NCBI GenBank assembly: GCA_035221665.1
Contig: CM069132.1
Location: 64,232,001-64,296,000, forward strand
Direction: 5' to 3'
Length of the DNA stretch: 64,000 nt
From: Okamejei kenojei
Taxonomy: Eukaryota
A program made the position numbers and the translations under genes. The notes under the pieces were generated by a model. The model had not been told where the DNA came from, did not search any database, and saw nothing but the letters and a program-made list of their open reading frames with translations. Every line of letters begins with the position of its first letter. Positions within the stretch are counted from its first letter, which is position 1. Of the stretch, positions 1-12,389 are shown piece by piece.

Positions 1-52
1 ACAGACCCGGTGGGCCGAAGGGCCTGTTACGCGCTGTATCTTTAAACTAAAC
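1..52 (+). mobile_element. 3' tail of tRNA-derived V-SINE/HE1-like SINE
   Basis: GGGCCGAAGGGCCTGTT..GCGCTGTATCT followed by (TAAAC)n tail; same tail at 32095-32143 and 62530-62575. Confidence 0.75.
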
Positions 53-147
53 AATGAATCAATAGAGAAATGTAGAATAAATCGGTAAAGTAAAATGTTT
101 GCCATCATTCACAGCACATAAAATACTGCTGGGCATTAGAGGTTTAA

Positions 148-520
148 CATTAGACACAAAGTGCTGGAGAAACTCAGTGGATCAGGCTGCATCTCTGGAG
201 AACATGAATAGGCGACATTTGACCCAAAAAGTCGCTTATCTATATTCTCCAGTTACTGCCTGGCCTGTGTTTTTTTTTTTTTGTAAACCAGCATTTGCAG
301 TTCCTTGTGTCTACAGAGGTTTAAGATTATTTAAAAATGTTGTTTGCCTACAAGACTATATGTACTTTTCACGAGCCAGGAAGAAACATGGTTTGAAGTA
401 AATCAGTCTGAAGAAGGGTCTCGACCCGTTCCTTCTCTCCAGAGATGCTGCTTGTTTCCAATCCAGCATTTTGTGTCAATCTTCGATTTAAACCAGCATC
501 TGCAGTTCTTTCCACACAGG
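148..520. mobile_element. Penelope-like terminal repeat (pLTR) fragments
   Basis: GACACAAAGTGCTGGAGAAACTCAG arm at 152 and CTGAAGAAGGGTCTCGACCCG at 408-428, matching the terminus attached to the GIY-YIG ORF at 56300-56740 and 62745-63400. Confidence 0.7.
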
Positions 521-3294
521 AACATGGTTTAATATGTACACCCTATTTTTAAAGTATGCAATTGAAAACATAATTTTGATCGGAAATAAGGATTGAAGCC
601 TTCTGAATATCAGAGACTAGAAACTGGATTGCCTGGCTTTAGGAATTAACAAAAAATATATATACATTGTATTTTTGCTCAGAAATACAATATCTATGCT
701 TAGAGAACATAATGTGTTAAGTGCTTTATGAAAATAACTGACAGAAAAGGTTGTGACCAAAAGGTTTAAAAGATAGAATAACTTCTTTGTGTATCATTGG
801 TAAAAAGCCTTTTTTTTTAAAGTCACCAAATTTCTGAAATGTTCATTGCTATTTCACCTACAGTGTAACATTATTTAACTTGAGTGATTACAAATGATTC
901 TTAACACCTGATACATTGTTACCAAGTGATGCATCTTATCCCATTAGGCATGTAATATCTAATCCTTTTTGCACAGAATTGATAACACATACAAATCCTT
1001 GCGAAAAGAAAATTTCTGAATATGATACACATGGCAACTCATTTATTTTTTCTACTAAAATAAATCCAAATTTTGTGTAGTATTTTGCTGTTCACTATTC
1101 ACTAGAAGTGTCTGTTTTTTAGTATTTAATATCTACATCTTTAGGTTCAGCTACTGGTTCAAGAATCAGTAGCTGTTCCACAAAAACAATCTTTCTCATG
1201 GTAACCATGCACAGAAAGCTACTCACGTTAATTAATGCAAAGTATATATATGGTTAATTTATATGAACACCCATCTCATTATTGAGTGATCTTTATAGGA
1301 AAACTGGTAATATAAAGATATATTTTATAAAATATTTTTTTAAATAAGATTTGTATGGCAAACTTTACTGTTACTGACTCCAGTATGTATTAACTCTATT
1401 CATAAATAATAATTTATTATTAACTAACTCAAAATAATTTATTTAGAATTAGTATGTATTGCTGAAAATCAACTGGGATGGCTACAATTGATAGATAACT
1501 TCATGCTCTTTGGCCAACTAAATCCAAATTTTCACGTGCACGATAACTTAATTTTGCAGCAGATCTGCATTTCCTGGTATGAATATGTTCTTATTTCCAT
1601 ATCGTTGTGCAAGATTTTGTTTGTTACACATCAATGGTTCTTTATTTTCACGTTTGCACAACTGAGTGAAATTATTTTGCACAACAACAAAATGCCACAA
1701 TTTTGACCGTTTAAAAAAGAAAAAAAAGAAAATACAGAAGACACAAACAGCCCATACTGCAAAGTCCAGTCCATGTTGGAAATATTGGAGTGCCTCCAAT
1801 CCAGGTAAGCCTAGGTAAGCCTGACCACATGGCCCTCTCTTCTGCCGACTGCCTCTGTGTCCCTCGGCGGAAGCCTCATGCAGCTGACATTAAAGGCACT
1901 AGAGGTAATACTGTCGATGCCAGCGCTCCCTCCTCGACTCGGTCTTTAAGGCTCTGAGCATTCCCTGTACATGGCTGTTGGGTCTTCATTCTCAGTAGCC
2001 AACACATTTTTGTTCTCAACGATCCTTATCCGGCTTATCCTCATTCTCGGTGGTGACTTCGACTGCAGGAGTTAAACTTGCTCCAATGATCACTTTGGCT
2101 GCCGGGTTCGAACTTGTTCATGGAAGATTGTTTAAATTGAATTAACTTTGCATGCCACATATTCTTGTGTGTCACTGTCATACATTCGGGAAATTCCCTG
2201 CAGAAACGTAAAAGTATTGCAGTACATGTGGGGTACTTGTTGTTCAATTTGTTTATCTTTGTACATTCTAAGAATTGGGTTAAAGTCAGTGTTCAAAATT
2301 GGGTTTAATGTTTATAACCCAAACTGTAGATGTTTATTTTGATACTTTATTTTTCTCCCATAGAATATCATGTTGGATTTGAATATTTTATTCTCCAATC
2401 CATATATTTTGTCGGATTGTACCCTTGGGATTGAGTCTTTTTCAAAACCTTGCATGTGAACATGGATTTTAGATATTATGAATACAGAAGGATTGACTAA
2501 TTAAATTAAAAGCCCAGAAATGTTGGGGCTATTTTTTTCAATGCCGCACAATTTTTTTTTTCTCAGAGTGAAATCTAGTTACAATAATTTTCAGATTGAA
2601 GTGACACACTGAAATCCCTACCAATCTAAACCTCAGTGCTCTACTCCCCCGGTCCCCAATCTCCAATCCCAGGTTCCAAATCCCTTCTTCAATTCCTAGT
2701 CCATTCAGGCATGTTCTTCATTACCTCCCCACTCCTCTCCTCAAACTTCCAGACCCTAATTACACATTATCCTCCTCTCACTCTGACCTTCAGCACCGAT
2801 TCACCACTCGAGTCTCTACACCCAGGACACAACCCACAACTCTGTTTCTCTGCCTGATCACTTTCGCTCTTTTCCATTGCTCCAAGGCTTCAATTCACAG
2901 CTCTGATTAACCCCATAGGTCCCATCCAATGATGTAAATCCAATCACTAGGCCTCACATTTCTATTCCTGCTCCTGGACTTAACTCCTATTTCCCTTTAC
3001 ACACTCTGCACTGGTCTGCCATCCAAAGGCATCCACAGCCCCCGATGACCTGGAGCTCAACGACACCCATCATCTTCATGCCACGTATATTTCACCCAAT
3101 ACCCTTAGATTTATACTATTTATAGAAAACAAAAATTGATTAAGAGAAATCCCTTCTCAAATTACAATTTGGTGTTAGAAAGGTTCACTTGTAACCATGT
3201 GTAGAGCTTGAACTTTAAATCCAATATCCTATCATCACCAACGTTATGATCATTTACTTCCAAAATCCATAAAGGTCGCCTACCTTTGTTCATG

Positions 3295-3480
3295 TAGAAA
3301 CATGGAACTGTGGTTGTTAGTTTACAATAAAAAATGATACAATGTGCTGGAGTAACTCAGCAGATCAGGCAGCATCTCTCAAGACCATGGATAGATGATG
3401 TTTTTGAGTCGGGGACTTTCCTCAGTCTGAAGAGATGTTGCCTGGACCTACTGAGTCACTCCAGCACTTTGTATCTTTAC
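3295..3480. mobile_element. Degenerate inverted (palindromic) Penelope pLTR
   Basis: GTGCTGGAGTAACTCAG ... CTGAGTCACTCCAGCAC inverted arms around a decayed CTGAAGA core. Confidence 0.7.
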
Positions 3481-4149
3481 TTAAAGTTTATTCCACCCTA
3501 TGTTCTCTGTCATTGACATATGTCTGCGTTACATTCAAATATATCAATTCTACAGCCATCAAAGTTAATCTGCAACTTTCTTCCAATCTTAAATTGCAAT
3601 TTGGCAGTGTACTATTTCAACATTTCCATTTCACCATTTTACACAGGGTTCTTATGTAGGGTTCAGGGTGTTACATTCCTTAAACCTGTCGCTCCCACTT
3701 TCTCTGGAGTTTTCAGTCCAATCTACTGTGCACCCTCTCCCTCTCCCTTATGTTCAATATTAAGTACTGTATCAGAGTCCTTAATCGGGCTATTTGAAAT
3801 TATTTTCTCACACCTATATGCCAACTCAGTAATCATGTTTCAACCCTTTTGCAAACCATTTATTCCAACAAACCACCTTTCGCCAAAGGTCCCGTTTCGC
3901 ATGTCTAGGAATCATGTTTTGTTTTTTCATATGGACGTTGAAGATTAGCTTTGAACTCTTCGGTCAGCATCTGTGAATATCGCATCAGATCACCAGTCTC
4001 TCTCCACCTGCTGTGTTTTGTTTGCCATTGGAAGGAAATACTGCGATTAAATATAACGTGTTGAGAGATTTTGTCCAACTGAATCAGTGGGTATTCACAG
4101 CACCACCTAACACGTATATCAACACTCGCAATTACCTGAACTACCAACA

Positions 4150-5460
4150 TTGAGTTTGCCTACAACTGCAGTATCTGTAAAGAGCATCCAAACTTGGCGA
4201 GGAAACGTCATGGAAATGCAGTGGAGGTGGGCGATGGTGTGCGCCTCGCATCACGGAGCGGCGTGCCCTGTGATTGGGGATAGTCGCTGCTCGGAGTTGG
4301 CGGCTGCAGCCTGCCTGCCTGCCTGCATCGGCCCGCGTCTGCAAACCTTCTTGTGCTACTTTCCGACTTGTGATCTGCCCCTTCTTCTGAAGCAAAACGT
4401 CTTTGTCCTCGGTTATTCTGACGGCTTCTTCTGCGGATTTACATTTTGCAGCTCGGTCTAAGAGTGGAAGTGAGCAGCGTAGCGTTGCTGAGCAGGAGTG
4501 GCGGCTCCCAGAGCACCCAGGTAAAGGTGGGTGTATGTATCTGGTCGCGGGCTGTCGGATGCGGGAGACAACAGTCAGTCGGCTCCTCTAACTCCATGCA
4601 GCTCGGCGCATGACTTGGTCTCTCCACCGGGTTGTTGATGGTTGTTTGTCGCATTGTATCTAAGGAAGACTTATAGAAGGAGACGAACTTTTTCCAAATG
4701 TAAACCCAGTTCAACAGCTGCGCCACCCGTGCTGGATAATGTTTATTTTTGAACTATTTGTTCAATGATTACAATGTTCTTTAAAGTGCTGGGAATGTTA
4801 CTGTGTTGTAGCCAAGTGATATTAAACTGACGATTATTATCACCATTTACAAAATGGTAACAGAACGTTTTGTATGAACACAGACTTGGGACGATGATTT
4901 TTTTTTTCCGAAGTGAAAGAAAAGTGAGATGTTTTAGTCGAATATGTAGAAATATATTCTAACCGTCTAGAACTAATGATGTTGTACTTTTCGGTAACTT
5001 TAGAAATGGATCCTAAAATACCTGGTGTCGGTCACTGTTGACGGCAATGATGATTAGAATAAGAGATTGTGCCACTTGTCTTTACATCTTAAACGCGAGT
5101 TTTAAATAATGAGCAGAGGCGATGTTTTTCTTTGGCGTTACCGGCCTAAGGACGCCGCAAATGCCGGCAGCACGCAGCCCGAGCTCCGGCACAGCAAAGG
5201 ATCCGTATCTCCCGAGGGTTCATTTACTTAGTTAAGTAATGCAGTGTCCCAGCGCGCTGAGTTCGCGGGACGTGGTCGGGTCATTATTATGAGTAATTTC
5301 ATGGAAAATTACTGGAATGAAATTCAGTGTAACACGGTTACTACATCTGGCAGTAATGCAAACAATAATTATTGGGCGGCTTCTGACTAGTAAGCGTCGA
5401 ATGAAATGGTGTGCAGGAGAGGTTGCGTTGTCCGATTTCAACCAGGCATAACTAGACAGC
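4150..5460. promoter_or_regulatory. CpG-rich, non-repetitive promoter-like region
   Basis: Visibly high CpG content at 4200-4630 and 5120-5450 against a CpG-poor background; inverted CCAAT (GATTGG 4272-4277); CRE half-site ACGTCA near 4205; splice donors on both strands. Confidence 0.55.
4280..4520 (+). other. Candidate non-coding first exon (start approximate)
   Basis: GC-rich leader downstream of the CCAAT box ending in CAG|GTAAAG at 4520/4521 (alternative AAG|GTGGGT at 4526/4527); no downstream coding exon identified. Confidence 0.4.
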
Positions 5461-5624
5461 ACCCCAGTGTATTCGATGTTCTTTTAGATTGCAGTATTTG
5501 TAGGAAGTATTCGCACTGCATACTAATCGAAATGAAAATTGGAAGATGTTACACATGATCTGTTTACATGGTCTAATAAGGGACCTGGCCGAAACGTCGC
5601 TTGTCCAGTCCCTCCACAAATGCT

Positions 5625-5810
5625 AAAGAAGGAACTGCAGATGCTGGAGAATCGAGGGTACGCAAAGGGCTGGAGAAACTCAGCGGGTGCAGCAGCATCT
5701 AAGGAGCGAAGGAGTCTGAAGAAGGGTCTCGACCCGAAACGTCGCCCATCTCCTTCGCTCCTTAGATGCTGCTGCACCCGCTGAGTTTCTCCAGCCTTTT
5801 GTGTATCCTC
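5625..5810. mobile_element. Young palindromic Penelope pLTR with hammerhead-like core in the loop
   Basis: Near-perfect inverted arms about 5655-5714 and 5749-5810; loop contains CTGAAGA-AGGGTCTCGACCC-GAAACGTC. Confidence 0.8.
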
Positions 5811-5905
5811 CACAAATGCTACCTGGCGCGCTGGGTTCCCCAACACTTTGTGTTTTGCTCTGTAATTTCGTTCCATTCAACACCCGAAGTACTTAACGAA
5901 GTGCT

Positions 5906-6092
5906 NNNNNNNNNNNNNNNNNNNNNNNNNNNNNNNNNNNNNNNNNNNNNNNNNNNNNNNNNNNNNNNNNNNNNNNNNNNNNNNNNNNNNNNNNNNNNNN
6001 NNNNNNNNNNNNNNNNNNNNNNNNNNNNNNNNNNNNNNNNNNNNNNNNNNNNNNNNNNNNNNNNNNNNNNNNNNNNNNNNNNNNNNNNNNNN
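5906..6092. other. Assembly gap (187 N)
   Basis: Run of N. Confidence 1.
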
Positions 6093-6654
6093 AGAAACAC
6101 ATTGACAGTGAAATGTATGGTCAAATTGTAATTGGGAAGAGAGAGGGTTAAGTGTTTGGGTAGTTAATTTGAATGCGAGACTCAGGAAGTTGACTGGCGT
6201 CACTGGCGACATCAACAATTGGTCCCCATTGGTCCTTGACAAGTTAGACATTGAGCAGCTGCTTTGCAGTCCGGCTGGTGACGGTATTCCCACCGTATTT
6301 GTGAACTTGGGATACAGGGTTTATGGCTAACGACGGTTAAGTAAGATGCGTATTGTTTCAAGCCAGGGTGGATTGTAACTTGGACGGCAACTTGTCTATG
6401 TGCATAATCTTTAAGCCCCACTGAACAATAATCTGTCCACCTCTGCTCTCGCTTTAAATATCGACCCATTTGCTGGGCACTTGAGGTGTGATTCTGTCCA
6501 TCTCCATTAATGCAACATTAACAACTTAAAATGCCATCTAGATGGAAGTGGCTTCCTTGTTTATCGAGGGTGATGGATGAGATGCCATTAATTCACTCTA
6601 TTTATAGCACATTGTAGCTGCTCACCATCTTCCAAACATGTGTAACAGACTACT

Positions 6655-7020
6655 TGCTAAAAAAGATGAGAGCCCATGGCATCAAAGGGCAGATACTAGC
6701 ATGGATAGCAGGTTGGCTGGATGGCAGAAGGCAAAGAGTGGCAATAACGGTGGCGGGGGCTTTTTAGGTTGGCTACCAGTGACTAGCGGAGTTCAACAGG
6801 GGTCGGTGCTGGGGCCACTACTCTTCACGTTGTATATCAATGATTTAGATGAGGGGATTGAAGGCTTTGAGGCCAAGTTTGCAGATGATAAGATGATAGG
6901 TGGAGAGGCATGTAGTCTCGAGAAAGCAGGGACTCTGGGAAAGATGGATCAGCCATGTTTGAATGGCGGAGTAGACGTGATGTGTCGAATGGCCTAATTC
7001 TTCTGCTGTCACTTATGAAC
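6655..7020 (+). mobile_element. CR1 LINE RT fragment joined to CR1 3' end
   Basis: [33 protein letters not shown] motif; internal deletion before the 3' UTR. Confidence 0.85.
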
Positions 7021-7833
7021 ATGAAATAAGAATATGGCAATGTGCAGCAGAGTTTATAATCATGATCTTATTCACTGGTCGAGGCAGTTGGAGGGACCAA
7101 GTGGCTGACTCTTGCTCCGAATTTGTATGCTTATATGAAGAGCGTTTGGAAACGGTTGCGTCTCTTATCACAGGTGGGCCTTTGCGAGTCCTGCTCTTTC
7201 TAGCTGAAACATTTTTGTGGATGGTCCATTTAAGTTTCATTTCAGTGACCACCAGGATGTTGATAAGGTTAATGATTGAGAGAATGTAATTACTGAAGAG
7301 GCGATGGTGGCTATCTTAGCTACTGCTCGGAGGGATCTCCTGCAGTAATATCCTTGGATTGAGATCATTTTGGCTTCATTTGCAATATTGCGTTCTAAGA
7401 TTGATTCCAGCCACAGTGTATTCCCAATTTCCATTGCCTTCAGACAGACACAAAAGGATAGAGAAACACGACGGGTCAGACACCATATTTGGAGAAAAGG
7501 AATAGGAGACATCTCTGGTCGAGATCCTTTGGGTTTTTGATGACACCAATTAAATATTGTCTTGATGTCAAAAAGGTTGATCTTATCTCTCCCTGACAAT
7601 GAAGGAGACAATTGATCCTGAGCTGAAGCTGAGAAATGATCAGGTGGAGTGAAGTGAGTGTTACTTTATAGCAATGTACAGTGTGTTCCAACACTGAACA
7701 CAGTAGCCTTTTTTAAATTATATGTTATTTTAGCATTTTGGTGACACCAAAGAATTAAGAAACTCCCATGTTGCAATCACATAAGTCAGATGGGTAGGTT
7801 TGAAATAATGTTTTCCTAACAAAGAATGTCGTC

Positions 7834-7835
<2 letters not shown>

Positions 7836-7894
<59 letters not shown>
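7836..7894. repeat. Poly-C homopolymer (59 nt)
   Basis: Direct reading; length may be unreliable. Confidence 0.95.
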
Positions 7895-7895
<1 letters not shown>

Positions 7896-7967
7896 CTCCT
7901 CTTTCCTAGGGATTTGAGGGTTGCCTACACTGTTTTTTCCTCAAACTCCATTAATTTGAAGTTATTG

Positions 7968-8075
7968 ACTGGGATAGGGCAGGTTTGGAGGGATATGGAC
8001 CAAGCACAGGCAAGTGGGACGAGTGTAGCTGGGACATTGTTGGCAGGTGTGGGCGAGTTTGCACGCTGTATCACT
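7968..8075 (+). mobile_element. CR1 3' end fragment
   Basis: GGTTTGGAGGGATATGGACCAAGCACAGGCAAGTGGGAC; same family on the minus strand at 54115-54360. Confidence 0.7.
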
Positions 8076-8369
8076 CTATAACTCTAATTCCTGTAGTTGG
8101 TTGTTCTTGCATCCATGGGTCTTTTGATCCAGGCTATCCAGCCTGTCTAACTTGGCCACCTTTGCTTGATAAAACAGTGTGTAATAACTGTAGAACCAAC
8201 AGTATTAAGAGAATTGGAAACAAACAGAAACTGCACACTGTATCACTCTATGACTCTATGACTCTATGTTGGTCAGATCAGATACTAATCAGATCGGGCC
8301 ATGTCAATGGGAAGGCAACAAATGTTTTGGGTCTTCTTCCCAATTTTGAAGGGTTTCCAGCACCTGCAA

Positions 8370-8690
8370 AAGGACATAAAGTGCTGGAGTATTGCAGGTA
8401 GATGGGACTAGGGGAAAATAAATGTTCGGCACGGACTGCAAGGACCGAGAGGGCCTGTTTCCGTGCTGTAATTGTTATATGGTTATATGGTTATATGGAG
8501 TATCTCAGCAGGTCGGGTAGTATCTCTGAAGAACAAGGACAGGTGACGTTTCAGGCCGAGGCCCTTCAGATACCTTAACCTGAAATATCATTTTTATCAT
8601 GTTCTCCAGGGATGCTATCTGACCTGCTGAGTTACTCCAGCACTTTGTTTCCTCTCGTGTATTAACCAGTACCTGTAGTTCTTTGTTTCT
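8370..8690. mobile_element. Palindromic Penelope pLTR interrupted by a CR1 3' tail (8395-8497)
   Basis: CR1 tail nearly identical to 23585-23680 with (GGTTATAT)n end; flanked by GTGCTGGAGTA and TACTCCAGCAC arms. Confidence 0.7.
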
Positions 8691-11372
8691 ATCATCCGCA
8701 GTCTTTTTTTGTAGTAAGGAAGTGGTTGTCAATCGTTTTTTGTTAATGCTATTGGGTGTTAGTAGACATTTCTTCTCTTGCATTGACCCATTTACAGTCT
8801 TATGCATATGCTCTGGTTGATTATTCCCATGTTAGCAAAAATAGTAAGATTAAATGAGAACTTACCAGTTTGAAGTTTGATCTTTATTTTATGAGGAGTT
8901 GTGATTAGGGATTTCGTGAAGACCCCGCCAGCACGCATGCGCGACATTCTTCAAAGCAGCGATGTGGAATCACAGATAACAACAATGACTGAAGATAGTG
9001 AGATTAAAGAGACTCTAATATACCAGTTGACCTTGATAGAGGGTTGGGAGCGGAGGGCACGAAATCGGAGTCACGTGAGTGACTTCGTGAAGATTTCAAA
9101 GCTCTGTGATTCCGTGCCCTGGACCACGTCCATGCTCACACAATGCCGTAATACTGATGGAGGAAGTATGTTAACGTATTTCAGACTTGGACAAGCTGAA
9201 AAATAATAACATATTTGTTAATGCAAACAATATACCCCTGAACTCGGGGACAAACGTTTAGGGAACAGCACTTAAAACTGACTCTGCAAACATTGCGGGC
9301 AGCGGCCACAGGTTTGTTATAAAAATGCTGAAATGTAGTTTCACTGGCCCAGCCCGCTATTGCGAGGACATGATCCATGAGTACCTCCATGGTCCTCGCC
9401 GCTGATGTGGATGCAGCCCTGGTAGAATGAGATTTAAAAATGTTAGTGTCTTACCTGCTGCACCGAATACCACCCTGAGCCACCTGGAGATAGTCTGCAC
9501 CGTCACCCTGTGATGTGGGTTTTCATGGCTGATAATAGACCCATCTCCATATTCCTGATGCCCATTTTCAGACCTGTAGACCCAGGTCTGTGTTGTTTAA
9601 GCAACTCGTCTATAAAGAAAGTCACTTTATTGGGGGTTGAGACCATTCTATCCAGTTTTAGTTCCTGTAAAGTCTGGACCCGTTGTGCTGTGGGCAGTGC
9701 CATTAACATCACCACTTTAAGGTGAGTTAGTGCAGTGGTAAATCCATCATAGGGAACAAGCTCCTGAGTAGGGTCAACACCACGCCTATATCCCAGGTAA
9801 TATATTATCATGGTCGGGGAGAGTTGGATAGAATATACCCCTCAGAGTTTGGATATCAGCTGGCGAGATCCCACTCCAATGTTGAGATAGGTGACAGTGC
9901 ATTCCTGGCACTGTAACTGAGGGCCTCATCATAATGAAGGCCTGCGAGGATTCCTGCACATTGGAGATCGTAGCAGAGTTGTAGGTGGTCTAGGTCCGAC
10001 TGCAGAAAACCTTCCATTTCCTTATGTGGGTGAGGTACTCCTTCCTTGTGGACTCTCGGCATGATGCTGTATGATGTCCATGGTTTTTGATGACAGCCTG
10101 AATTCCAGTAGTGGCCTCTTCAGAACCTGCAAGCCAACAGGTTCAGATGACCATGGCATGGATGACTTTCCCCCTGTTATGGGATTGGTCCCCAATTCGG
10201 GCATTTGGTACCTGTGCCCATGGTTCTTTCTGTTGCAGAATCTGGTTGAATTTTCTGCAATACCCGACTGATGAAGCAGAATGGGGGAAAGCATAGAACC
10301 CCATTTCCCCCAACGTAGCGAGAACGCGTCCATCGCCACTGCCCCAGGATCTCGTTCCCAAGAGACATATGTTGGTATCTGATGGTTCAACCTGGACGCA
10401 AGGAGGTCGATATCTGGTGTTCCATATTTGGCTATAATTTTAGCAAATATTTGGAGGTTCAACATCCACTTGATGTCGTAATTAAATACTTGTGACCTGG
10501 TGTCCGCCACTGTATTGAGCTTAACCGGAAGGTATGTAGCTGATATCCAAATATTTATTTCAATACACCAGAGCCAAATTCATTTTTTGCCAGTTCATCA
10601 CAAGATATTGACCTGATACCACCCATATGGTTTAAATATGCCACCTCAGTGGTATTATTTATTTTGAAGACGGACATGCGTATGATGCAGATTAGTGCAG
10701 TAAGCCCACAGCCCGTGACATGCTCCCAGCATTTCTAAATAGTTTATACCTTGTGATTGAAGAAGAGTAGACTCGTGCAAATCCCATCTGCCGCCCCAAC
10801 TGGAAGTGGTGTCGGTAGCTCCCCAGCCCATGGCGCTTGCATCGGTTTGTAACACGACTGATGGGTTTGATATAATGATGGGATTAAAACAATCACAAAC
10901 ATTGCTAATCCACCATAGTAGCTCAATTTATGCCTTGTTTGGCAGCTGCATAGGCCTGTAAAAATGTCCAGCATTCGCTTTTAATGCTGAGATTTTTGCT
11001 CTTTGCAAGCTTTGACAGTGTAACGGCCCAAATTGTGCAGCTGAAATGTAGTTACAAGTTTACCAATTACCTTAGCAGCATGTCTAATAGTCGGTTTCCT
11101 GGCGCAAGCAAGGCTGTTACATGCCTCTATTATGTCTATTGCTTTGTTCCCTGGGATAGTGACAATCAGAAAACCCATGCATCCCAGAATGTACGCAACC
11201 TCCCTCCTACTTGTGAGGTTATACATTCAGCACTCCCAAGAGAACCAGACCCCCTTACCTCCATGGTTACCGGTGGCCTTGATGTTCTGGGCTTTTTTGG
11301 TTCATAGTGTTGCTGGGATGAGGGGTTGGCGCATCTTTCACGCTGGTCGCTGTGGGCCCTGCCTGAAAGGCT

Positions 11373-12293
11373 TTAGTAGATAGGGTGCGACCGGTGCATA
11401 GGTTCTGATTGCCCTGTCGGGTTGAACCGAGGCCTGTTAGACGTAGCGTAAGGATGCTGTCTGTTATACGCCGGTGGCCTGCTCGAGGATGGTGGTTTCA
11501 TCAACCCGACCGTTTTTGCCTCCTCGTCCAGGTCTTTTACCTGTTTTGGCAGGTCTTCACCGAACAACTGTCTCGGTGGCGGCGTAGCAGAGGTTTTGCA
11601 CAAACCCGTGAATTTTGGGTTGTGAGTTGGTTTGATGGAGATTTTCCGGAAGGAGTTCATCTCGTACTGTGTGTTACACAGTAGCGCAAGAGCATCTTCC
11701 TGCTCGTCCGTCATCTCCGTGCCATCAATCGCCTCCCCCGGTGGTGAGTCTGCGCCGGCCGTACCTGCGGGTCTCCTAGACTCAGAACTCGATCCCTCAC
11801 CGGTCCGCGCTCTGGCGGACTGCTCCGGTGGCAAGTCGATGCCGGCCGCTGCAGCGGGGCTTTTCGACCTTAGTGCAATTCTTCCCCTGGTCCGCCCTCT
11901 GGTGACCTGCATTGGAGGGGAGACAGAACGTGCCGCAGAGCGGGGAACACGTTTATGCACCTTCATGCCACTGTCCCTAAGTTTAGGTGACAGTGGTAGG
12001 GAGTCAGGGTCTTCCCTACCCTGCTCCCGCGCGGTGCTCCTACCACCATGTGGTTCCATAGTCAGCCGTGGTGGAGAGTCGGGTCTTGGCTGCGCAGGGC
12101 TCTCCCATTTCTGCGTTCTTATCCCGGCCTGCGGAGCGGGTGCTGCCGGTGTTGCGGGCAACTCCGGGGATAGTGGCCGCTGACTCCCATCCGAAGTCCT
12201 GTGGTCCTTGGAGGCATGCTTCGATGCCTTCATTCTGGTCTCCCATCCATCGTTTCTGTAAGCAAAGTCTACTACAGAAGCTAAGCAACTCAA
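11373..12293 (-). pseudogene. DIRS gag-like ORF1 remnant (306 aa, apparent internal deletion)
   Basis: C-terminal LALL..YEMNSFRK..LFGEDL motif typical of DIRS ORF1; lies upstream of RT/RNase H. Confidence 0.7.
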
Positions 12294-12389
12294 GGTTAGT
12301 ATAACTTACGTGAGGGCCTTGCTCCCATGGTGACAAGACTCTCATGCGGGAATATATGCTGCCGCTAACGGCAAGTCTCCCGCCTATGT

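Noticed and set aside
1801-1822. Two adjacent plus-strand AG|GTAAGC donor-like sites
   Set aside because: Explained by a 10-bp tandem duplication; no supportable upstream exon.
3520-4726. Several 80-140 aa ORFs around the CpG-rich region as host CDS
   Set aside because: No recognisable domain; overlapping frames on both strands look like chance ORFs in GC-rich DNA.
5766-6293. ORFs spanning the N run
   Set aside because: Artefacts of the assembly gap.
11632-12183. 183-aa plus-strand ORF
   Set aside because: Antisense shadow of the GC-rich DIRS gag-like ORF.
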